The notes under the pieces were generated by a model. It did not search any database. It worked only from the letters and a program-made list of their open reading frames with translations, and was not told where the DNA came from. 57,216 nucleotides of DNA from a virus (taxonomy: Duplodnaviria > Caudoviricetes), in IMG/VR virus record IMGVR_UViG_3300027877_000007, positions 1 to 57,216 of that record; one strand, written 5' to 3'. This document shows, piece by piece, positions 49,928-57,216 of this stretch (positions are counted from its first letter, which is position 1; the number at the start of each line of letters is the position of its first letter). A program made the position numbers and the translations under genes.

Positions 49928-50417
49928 AGAAGAGTTCGCAAATGCGAACGATGATGAAATTGTCAAAGAAGCTGTCGAAGAAACTATCAAAGAAAATCCC
50001 AAGCCGGTAAAGGAGAAGAGCAGGTTTACAGGCGTATATGAGATATTCAAACCCGAAGAGTGGGAGGAAAAATCCATCCTTGAAAAGATAGAGGTAGTAA
50101 AACCAGCTGATCTTGTCTACGAGAAGGACGGCGTGCAGATATATAAATCAGACGAGGCCACGGTTATGATAAAAATTCTCCAGTATAAACCTCTGAAGTT
50201 TGAGGCCATTTACTCCATGCACGGGGATGAAGAACCAGAGGAGCTGGAAGAAGAAATGGATGAAGAGGTTGAGGAAGCTCCTAACCCGGAAGAAGTGTCA
50301 GACATAGAGCGTGCTGAAAACCCGGAGGAAACCACGGAGCCTGTTCCACCAAAACCGTCAGAAGTGTCAGACAAGCGTCTTGCTGAAATCCCGGAGGAAG
50401 ATCATGCCGGAGTATGA
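49920..50417 (+). CDS. Acidic partner protein (domain shared with 52744..53331)
   Basis: VYEKDGVQIY..VMIKI...PLKF. Confidence 0.7.
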   Translation: MTEEEFANANDDEIVKEAVEETIKENPKPVKEKSRFTGVYEIFKPEEWEEKSILEKIEVVKPADLVYEKDGVQIYKSDEATVMIKILQYKPLKFEAIYSMHGDEEPEELEEEMDEEVEEAPNPEEVSDIERAENPEETTEPVPPKPSEVSDKRLAEIPEEDHAGV

Positions 50418-51801
50418 CGAATCTGAAGGGACGTGGGTAACTATCAATGGAAACCACATCTTCATCCGTGAAGGTCAATCGGTGGGTTCAGCCATCAAAG
50501 AAAGGTTTGGTACTGGTGGTGGAGGTAGAGGTGGAAAAGGCGGAAAGGGTGGAGGTAAAATTGCATTAGAGGACGATAAGAAAAAGCTTGTAGAATCGCG
50601 GGTATTCAATAAGGAAGAATACGAGAAGATGGACATGCAGGCACGCAGGGAAGCATGGGAGAAGATGGATGTGGACGAACGGGATGAAATAACCAATGCC
50701 CGTGAATCTGTCCCTGCACGCGAGAAAGACTTACTTAAACCTCTTGGCAAGTGGCAGAATACGGGAGATATGGAGGCCGATATTGACAACAGGTTAGAGA
50801 AAGCTGCACTTCATATGTCTGATGATTCACTTGCCATTATAAAGGGTGATATAGGCGGGTATCAGGGTGTTTTGCGTGACGCTGGTATTGATGAAGAAAA
50901 AATAGGTTTTCTTATGTGTGCGGCTACAGATGCCCTGATTGCGCAGGAATTGGAGGCGCAGAACAGGCAGCTGGGTGATCATGGTGCACATCACGTATCG
51001 GGGAATATAGACAGGGCATTTGACATCTTCTCAATCACACCTATGTTGGAAACACCTCAGCAACAGGCAGAACTTATCACGGCCATGATATTCCATGACA
51101 TGGGATATATGACAGAACCTTCAAGGACGTTTCTGGATGAGGGGCATCCACGATGGGCTGAGCAGTATTTCAACGAAGAACTCTACAGTGAAGTATCACA
51201 CGTATTGGGCAAGGAATCGGCTATAAACATCGCACATCTCATAAGCACGCACGATGGCACGGAGTTGGACTGGGATCACGATCCTGTGGGAAGTGCACTA
51301 CGTCTGGCCGATAATACGGCACTCTTTGAGTATGATAAACTCCCTCCCATGTTTCGTGAAGTCCCGGAAAATCTTGACCTTCTTGAACTGGTAAACAAGG
51401 GCATGGTTGATGTGGATGTTGCACGTGCACAAATGCTTATCAATATCACCCACTCCACGTCTATAACTCCGGCTGAAAAATTAAGATTTAATAATGCAGC
51501 TAATGAAATGACGGCATTTACTACTAAAACAACACTTGGTATGTTAGGTGCTGATATAGATGAAATCAAGTGGATGGATGGCCACCCGGTGTTCATACTT
51601 GTACAAAACGATGAATCCAAAAGATACCAAGAAACTCTCGACTTGGGACAGGACAAGTTTATGAAATTTAAGAAGGCGTATGGTGATACTTCACCCGACC
51701 TGACCTTTACATTGAGAAATCCAAAAACAGGAAAGGTTGTTCTGGAAGGCAAATATCTGACGACTGACCAATATAATAGTGAATATTTGGGAGTGGGGTG
51801 A
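50404..51801 (+). CDS. Leader-tagged HD-domain phosphohydrolase effector
   Basis: Likely start MPEYDESEGTWVTINGNHIFI; DHGAHH..FHDMGY..GH..THD..LAD. Confidence 0.75.
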   Translation: MPEYDESEGTWVTINGNHIFIREGQSVGSAIKERFGTGGGGRGGKGGKGGGKIALEDDKKKLVESRVFNKEEYEKMDMQARREAWEKMDVDERDEITNARESVPAREKDLLKPLGKWQNTGDMEADIDNRLEKAALHMSDDSLAIIKGDIGGYQGVLRDAGIDEEKIGFLMCAATDALIAQELEAQNRQLGDHGAHHVSGNIDRAFDIFSITPMLETPQQQAELITAMIFHDMGYMTEPSRTFLDEGHPRWAEQYFNEELYSEVSHVLGKESAINIAHLISTHDGTELDWDHDPVGSALRLADNTALFEYDKLPPMFREVPENLDLLELVNKGMVDVDVARAQMLINITHSTSITPAEKLRFNNAANEMTAFTTKTTLGMLGADIDEIKWMDGHPVFILVQNDESKRYQETLDLGQDKFMKFKKAYGDTSPDLTFTLRNPKTGKVVLEGKYLTTDQYNSEYLGVG

Positions 51802-51802
51802 A

Positions 51803-52747
51803 ATGGGAGGCCCGGGTTCAGGGTGGTTCGCATCGGCGGGGCACGTCAGTCATAAACCAAAGTATGCCATAGGACGGCAGGCAGCCGAAGAGTACGTAGG
51901 GGAAACGTATCTTGGGAGGGACATACGGAAACAGCCGGAGAAGTTGCCGGGTGCATATAAATACAAACCTCCAGCCGGGAAGAAAACACGTCCACCGAAG
52001 AATCCCATTAAAAAATACTACAAGGACGTACCGGGGGCAAAGGATGATAATGATGCCGTAACACGGTTAAAGACATACTTAAACCCTGCATTTGCAAATA
52101 CACCGGATTGCCAGAAACAGTTGCAGGCAATATGTGATTTGCCCGATATACAAAGGGACGAGTTGCTTAGAGGGATGGCGATTCTGGATGGCACAGGAGT
52201 GACAATAAACGGGATTGTCATTGCACCTCCACCCAATTCTCCGGATTCAATGGGGATGTATCGTGGACACGAAAACGAGATTTATATTCATCCAAATACT
52301 GTTACTGAAACAGGCCCGCGTCCGGGAGCTGCTCAACGTCTGGAACTGAAAAGACAAGAGGCGATAGCGAGTGTTGAAGGCAATCCGGGTCTAACACGTG
52401 AGAGAAAGGACGAAATGATTAAAATATTCAAGTCAATTAAAAGAAACAATGTTGGAGATGATAAGAATTTTCTGGCCGCGTGTATAGCTCATGAAAACAA
52501 CCATGCGAAACATGCCGTAAAAGCAAAAGATCCGTGGAAGTGTATGACTGCAATGATGAGAACGATGAGGAAACATAAAGTAACAGACGCTGATTGCGCA
52601 CAGGTGAGTGCATATACATTTACAAGTTTCGGTGCCGGTGATGCCAGAGAAGTGTATGCAGAGGTAGGAGCTGCCCTGTTTACCGGGGAAACATATGTTC
52701 CTCAAAGTCTGATTAACGCCTATTATGACAGGAAGTGGTATCTGTGA
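51803..52747 (+). CDS. Leader-tagged HExxH metallopeptidase effector
   Basis: Leader MGGPGSGWFASAGHV; HENNH; VSAY..REVYAE. Confidence 0.72.
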   Translation: MGGPGSGWFASAGHVSHKPKYAIGRQAAEEYVGETYLGRDIRKQPEKLPGAYKYKPPAGKKTRPPKNPIKKYYKDVPGAKDDNDAVTRLKTYLNPAFANTPDCQKQLQAICDLPDIQRDELLRGMAILDGTGVTINGIVIAPPPNSPDSMGMYRGHENEIYIHPNTVTETGPRPGAAQRLELKRQEAIASVEGNPGLTRERKDEMIKIFKSIKRNNVGDDKNFLAACIAHENNHAKHAVKAKDPWKCMTAMMRTMRKHKVTDADCAQVSAYTFTSFGAGDAREVYAEVGAALFTGETYVPQSLINAYYDRKWYL

Positions 52748-53331
52748 GTTACGGAATCTGTTTCGACTGCAAGCACTTCAAGATAATAAGCTGCACCGCC
52801 TATCCGAAGATAAACAGTATACCCATCGAGATTCTGAACGGGGAGGTAGACCATCACAGACCATACAAGGGAGATCATGGCATCCAGTTTGAACCAATGC
52901 AAGAGGGACAAGATGAGGTGAAAACAGAGCCAGAAGTAGAATCGACAGAAGAACAACCCATTCCAGAAGCAGAACAAATCAACCAAGAACCAGAACAGAC
53001 AGAGGTATCCGATGAACAAGCGATTCAAGAAGGCAAAGAAGGAATTGAGGAAGTTACCGAAACTGATATTGAAAAGCCTGAAGGTGAGGAAGAGGCTGTA
53101 GAGAAACTGGATGATTTTAAGGTTGCAAGAATTGTATACGACATGAACGGCGTGCAGATTTACGAGAACGAGAACGCCGTCATAATGGTCAAGGTAGTTA
53201 ATAAAAACCCGTTGAAGTTCGTGGTAAACTATGCAGAGAAAATTGAGGATACAACGAAGGACGATGGTTCAGACCAGACAACAGGGCTGGGTAAGAGGAT
53301 GATGGACTACGAGGGAGTTACATTTGATTGA
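52744..53331 (+). CDS. Fusion of Cys-rich partner domain, acidic linker and GVQIY domain
   Basis: CFDC..CTAYP..IP..GEVDH..PYKGDHGIQF, then VYDMNGVQIY..PLKF; GTGA overlap. Confidence 0.72.
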   Translation: MSYGICFDCKHFKIISCTAYPKINSIPIEILNGEVDHHRPYKGDHGIQFEPMQEGQDEVKTEPEVESTEEQPIPEAEQINQEPEQTEVSDEQAIQEGKEGIEEVTETDIEKPEGEEEAVEKLDDFKVARIVYDMNGVQIYENENAVIMVKVVNKNPLKFVVNYAEKIEDTTKDDGSDQTTGLGKRMMDYEGVTFD

Positions 53332-53341
53332 GGTGAAATAA

Positions 53342-54052
53342 ATGGGTGGTCAGGGTAGTGGATGGTTCGCATCGGCTGGTCATGTCCCACGTATCAAGAG
53401 GGATAGTATAACCGTCCCGAAGTATAACCCGAAGGCGTATAAGGATCATTATGCGCTTATGAAAGAGAAGAAGATAAATGACGATGAATATGAATCCATC
53501 CGTCAGTATATCGGACTTGATGGTAGTCATAGGGGTATAAACAAAGCTCTTCGCGCAGGGGATGATACGAACCAGTGGATAAACAACGAGGTTAAAAGAA
53601 TTAGAAGTGCTATGAATAACAATCCTCTTGAAAAAGACGTAGTGGTTTATCGTGGTGTCCCGGACAGGATTGCACAAAAAGCTATAAATGCGGGAAAAAT
53701 TCACGATGAGGGATTCTGGTCTACATCAGCCGATTTTGAAATATCATCTGACCATTTTGCAGCTCCTTCCTCGTTGGATAATAAATCAAAATACATTAAT
53801 TTTTTCCGTATCGTTGCAAAGAAAGGAGAACCGGGCCTGTATATCACTTCACATCAGGAAGAGGAATTCCTTTTGTCTGGAGGGAGATTCCGTGTGAAAC
53901 AGGTTGTGCTTACTCCGGTTGTAAAGATAGAAGGGCACCCGGTTATGAGCTATGGAAAAACGAACCGTATCATTGAACTGGAGAGGATTACAAAATCTAC
54001 AACACCAAGACCACGCACGCAGTCAGGAACGAAATTCAGGAGAGATTACTAA
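53342..54052 (+). CDS. Leader-tagged ADP-ribosyltransferase
   Basis: Leader MGGQGSGWFASAGHVP; INKALR; VYRG; GFWSTS; EEE. Confidence 0.85.
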   Translation: MGGQGSGWFASAGHVPRIKRDSITVPKYNPKAYKDHYALMKEKKINDDEYESIRQYIGLDGSHRGINKALRAGDDTNQWINNEVKRIRSAMNNNPLEKDVVVYRGVPDRIAQKAINAGKIHDEGFWSTSADFEISSDHFAAPSSLDNKSKYINFFRIVAKKGEPGLYITSHQEEEFLLSGGRFRVKQVVLTPVVKIEGHPVMSYGKTNRIIELERITKSTTPRPRTQSGTKFRRDY

Positions 54053-54939
54053 TGGTAGGGAATGAAAACAGTGGGGATAAGGTAGGACATCCATATTACG
54101 GCAACCAGCATGGGCCGGGACGTGCAATAAAAACTTCAAAGGGAAAAACTCCGGGATGCAAGCAGTGGTCAGGGAAAATAAATAAACAGTTCGCAAAAAA
54201 AGTTGAATTTACCAACAAAACACCACAGGAAATTAAGGATGATGTTTATAAGCAAATGTCAGAACTGACCGAAATTACAGGTATACAACCTGAGCATTAT
54301 ATCGTATATACACGTGATGAATCCAGTTTTGGCAGGTACGCATCTCTTGGAGAAACAGCTACATGGGATTCCTCTAATCGTTATTTGGGAATGGCAGACC
54401 ACGCCACAAAGGAATGGATTAAAAACAATATCCCTATAAAATATGAGGAAAATAAAAAGAATTTGACTGAACAGGTTGAGAAAGCCCGGTCAGAAGGGAA
54501 TTATTCGTATGCCCGTGACTTGCAGGAAAAACTTGATAATCTGGAAGAAAGGGCTGGATATGAGGGCAAGACGTACGTAGGTAACGGAAAAAGAAACCCT
54601 ATTATTGACCATGAGTTTTTCCACGAAATGACAATCCAGAGGATGCATCCAAAGGAAAAGCCGGATAAAGTACCAACAAATGTCAGGGAGATGTCTACTA
54701 TAACGTCTAAGCTAAGAGATAAATTATCAAACTGCTCTCTTGATTGCCGGGTTTTCATGCAGAAAGTCAAGGTTTCTCATTATGGAGCAGAAAGGACATC
54801 AAATGCTGAAATTCCATGGGAAGAGGCATCCGCTGAAACTTACGCCTACTGGAAAGCTGGAAACGAGATTCCAAAAAGTATTGAAACGATATTTTTAAGT
54901 CTTGAATCCGGAGATATATATTCAGAGGTATTTAAATGA
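54052..54939 (+). CDS. Leader-tagged HExxH metallopeptidase effector
   Basis: Leader MVGNENSGDKVGHPYYGNQHG; HEFFH; VSHYG..EEASAE. Confidence 0.72.
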   Translation: MVGNENSGDKVGHPYYGNQHGPGRAIKTSKGKTPGCKQWSGKINKQFAKKVEFTNKTPQEIKDDVYKQMSELTEITGIQPEHYIVYTRDESSFGRYASLGETATWDSSNRYLGMADHATKEWIKNNIPIKYEENKKNLTEQVEKARSEGNYSYARDLQEKLDNLEERAGYEGKTYVGNGKRNPIIDHEFFHEMTIQRMHPKEKPDKVPTNVREMSTITSKLRDKLSNCSLDCRVFMQKVKVSHYGAERTSNAEIPWEEASAETYAYWKAGNEIPKSIETIFLSLESGDIYSEVFK

Positions 54940-55163
54940 TTCCGCAATGCATTTATTGTAAACATTACATGCCCTACGGGGAAGAGCCGTGGTGTCTGGC
55001 CTATCCGAAAGGAATTCCTGACGTAATATTCAACAATGAGGTAAGTCACACAAAACATTATGCAGGAGATCATGGTCTTTTGTTCGAGCTGAATAACAAC
55101 CTCTCTCCGAAGGAACAGGAACTATATGACTACGTGAAGAAGGCACGTGAAAAATACGAGTGA
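54936..55163 (+). CDS. Cys-rich partner (immunity-like) protein
   Basis: CIYC..CLAYPKGIP..I...H....GDHGLLF. Confidence 0.75.
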   Translation: MIPQCIYCKHYMPYGEEPWCLAYPKGIPDVIFNNEVSHTKHYAGDHGLLFELNNNLSPKEQELYDYVKKAREKYE

Positions 55164-55169
55164 GATACC

Positions 55170-56087
55170 ATGCCAGAATATCCCGGTATAGATGCACCAA
55201 TCAACCAGTATACGAGCTACATAGAGCAGACAGACGAGCTCCAGACTGCATGGGAGGATATTGTAGGTGCGAATAATGATGCCGTAGCTGCAATGCAGGA
55301 CAAGCCGGAAAAGGATTACAAGAGGATGCTGGGTGTATTGCAGGATACGTTAAAAACGGCAGATATGAAGTATTCCAAGTACGGGAAGCTGAACTATCAG
55401 GAGCTTGTCAGGCACGATTTCATTCATAAGCTGGATAAGGCCGTTGCTATGGCCGTGAAGGAAGGGTACTCCAATATAACCAAGCGTGCAATCAATGACC
55501 AGAGAATCCTTGCGGAGAGGACGTATGGTTCAGCTGTCATGACAATAAATCAGGCCACCGGGATAAGTGCCAGTCCGAAGATAAGTGGGAAGGCAATAAC
55601 AGAAATCCTGCAAAAGCCGTGGGATGGGATAAGTCTTAATGAACGTCTATACCTCCGGCAACAGGCTCTTGGGGTTACACTTCGTGCACAGATTGTCCGG
55701 GATACCATGGGCACAGGCGCAACCTACAGGGAGATAATGGAACACGTCCAGAAGGTCATGGTTCGGGACTATGCATCTCTTGGGAAAATGATGGAAGAGG
55801 CGGCACACCAGTTCCAGTCAGATGCAGAGCAACAGGCATTAAATGATCTTAAAGAAGAGGACATCCAGATTACCAAGACGTGGGTAACGGCAGGTGATAA
55901 CCGGGTGCGGGAGGCGCATGAATATCTGGATGGGATGACTGTGGATGCACAGGAAATGTTTGAAGTCCCGGAGGGTGACTACCGGGGATACAAGGCGGAT
56001 GGGCCGGGACTGTTTGGTGAGCCTGCACTGGATTTCAACTGTAGGTGCTATGTGGTAGCGGGTGTCAGACCGCGTGAAAAAGAATAA
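55170..56087 (+). CDS. Minor head protein (MuF / SPP1 gp7-like), no C-terminal toxin extension
   Basis: PWDGISLNERL; KTWVTAGDNRVREAH..LDG; NCRC close to the C-terminus. Confidence 0.88.
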   Translation: MPEYPGIDAPINQYTSYIEQTDELQTAWEDIVGANNDAVAAMQDKPEKDYKRMLGVLQDTLKTADMKYSKYGKLNYQELVRHDFIHKLDKAVAMAVKEGYSNITKRAINDQRILAERTYGSAVMTINQATGISASPKISGKAITEILQKPWDGISLNERLYLRQQALGVTLRAQIVRDTMGTGATYREIMEHVQKVMVRDYASLGKMMEEAAHQFQSDAEQQALNDLKEEDIQITKTWVTAGDNRVREAHEYLDGMTVDAQEMFEVPEGDYRGYKADGPGLFGEPALDFNCRCYVVAGVRPREKE

Positions 56088-56281
56088 GTTCCAGTGGAAG
56101 TATAGGTATACTTTTTTGCATGGTGGTTCGCATTTGCGAACACAAAAAACGTGGTTTTTGTCCGGGGTAATATTCGTTCTATTGACCGATAGGTAGGTCA
56201 CTGGTATGTTCGTATGCGGAATTGAAAGAAACGCAATGGTACGGGTTTCTGTTCATTCCAGTGGAAACACACCCACAAGGT

Positions 56282-56650
56282 TTAAATACTGTCTTTTTTC
56301 TTACGGTGGGCATCGTAATATGATTCCAGAACACGGGCATCATTTATGATCGGGCAGGGATTATTGATTTCGTTCATGTGTGGGCAACAGGACATATCCG
56401 ATTTCAGGACTTTTTCATAGGTTACAAAGGCTGGGTTATCTCCATCCGGTTTTGGCTTTCTGGTTATGGCCGTTACAGTACAGGTATACATACAAAATAC
56501 CTTACCGCTATCACCAATCCGTTCCATGTATCCACCATCGGTTTTAATGTAGTATCCTGAACGAAGTAACCACTTGCAGTCCTCTACAGGTTCTCCCTCT
56601 TTTCTCTCTCCAACGTTTTGTGGGACGTTCAACTTATGCAATAGGGGCAT
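56282..56650 (-). CDS. Hypothetical protein
   Basis: 122-aa ORF filling a region with no good + strand gene. Confidence 0.5.
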   Translation of the reverse strand: MPLLHKLNVPQNVGERKEGEPVEDCKWLLRSGYYIKTDGGYMERIGDSGKVFCMYTCTVTAITRKPKPDGDNPAFVTYEKVLKSDMSCCPHMNEINNPCPIINDARVLESYYDAHRKKKDSI

Positions 56651-57216
56651 AGGTGAAATGTTGTCTGCGAATCCATTTATACATTGCCAATGTAAATAGT
56701 TTTGAGGTAGGTAGATAGTTTTATAAACTCTCCCTGCGTATAGAACTGTGCCAAGAATGGCAGGAGAATAAAAACGAAATACGAAGTGTGGGACTACTTC
56801 CCCACTGAAAACGAGGCGTGGAACGAGGTGAAAACCTTGTGGGCAACAGGACTATTAGCTACCGCGCCTGTTCTGTATGGGGATGTCTGGCAGGTTCTTA
56901 CACCTGTCGAGAGTGTTGAGGGATAAATTATGGAAGTAACTGACATTAGGAATCTTGGATGGTATGGTCAAGAGGCCATGTTATTCACCGGGACACCATC
57001 TACCGGCACGCACTATTTCCGTGCAATCGTTCTAGCGGGAAACCTGAAGGAACTGAAGATGACAATGCCGGACGGAGGGACGACTGCATTATGAAGTTCA
57101 ACCGTAAAAACGTCATACATGTCTTGCAGGAACACATTGACTGCATTGACTTTTTGCTTGGCGAAACACAAATGATGCCAGCTACATTGGAGGCATGTAT
57201 GTCCAAGCGTGAGGCA

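Larger units (their letters stand above)
1..57216 (+). mobile_element. Segment of a tailed (Caudoviricetes-like) virus or provirus, probably of a methanogenic archaeon
   Basis: TerS, TerL, portal, MuF and fibre genes; dense, overlapping (ATGA/TAATG) small + strand ORFs; archaeal-type TATA boxes and GAGGTGA RBS; no cellular housekeeping genes. No integrase or major capsid gene recognised in the window. Confidence 0.9.

Noticed and set aside
50311-50403. N-terminal extension of the 496-aa ORF (similarly 51779, 13659, 17680, 18681, 1852)
   Set aside because: Downstream ATGs fit leader homology, RBS position or gene coupling better.
3468-56141. Dispersed repeats as a CRISPR array
   Set aside because: Copies are hundreds to thousands of bases apart, there is no repeat-spacer periodicity, and no cas genes were seen.
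1-57216. Stop-codon reassignment, inteins, integrase or att site
   Set aside because: Conserved genes are full length and end in TAA, TAG or TGA; no intein motifs in TerL or portal; no recombinase recognised.

Overview
The window looks like part of a large tailed-virus (Caudoviricetes-type) genome or provirus, probably infecting a methanogenic archaeon. The host call is an inference from TATA-box promoters, GAGGTGA/GGTGA ribosome-binding sites, a stand-alone NrdD C-terminal-like protein and an NrdH-like glutaredoxin. Almost all real genes are on the + strand. Layout: about 0-12.8 kb, many small Cys-rich early-type genes, two HNH nucleases, an ASCH protein, two DNA methyltransferases and a PD-(D/E)XK nuclease; 13-15 kb, terminase small and large subunits; 15-21 kb, tRNA-like RNAs, a metallophosphoesterase, a ParB-like protein and an MT-A70 methyltransferase; 22-32 kb, a nonulosonic-acid (NeuB/NeuA/NeuC-type) sugar pathway; 34-46 kb, fibre/spike genes including a 1646-aa repeat protein; 46-56 kb, SPP1-type portal and a MuF/gp7 minor head gene. 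The best candidate for a new system is a set of nine stand-alone toxin-like genes in two arrays (24.5-27.3 kb, and 47.8-55.2 kb between portal and MuF): 3 ADP-ribosyltransferases, 2 JAB/MPN proteins, 3 HExxH metallopeptidases and 1 HD hydrolase. Each starts with one of three short conserved leader peptides, and most are coupled to a small partner gene. One Cys-rich partner family follows only zinc-protease-type effectors. This suggests a modular, leader-addressed capsid-cargo effector system. Other notable signals: a 16-bp palindrome present 9 times, a 23-bp motif present 6 times, four tRNA-shaped RNAs (only one a recognisable tRNA), and an FN3-like domain apparently split between two fibre proteins. 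All calls come from reading motifs by eye; no database search was run.
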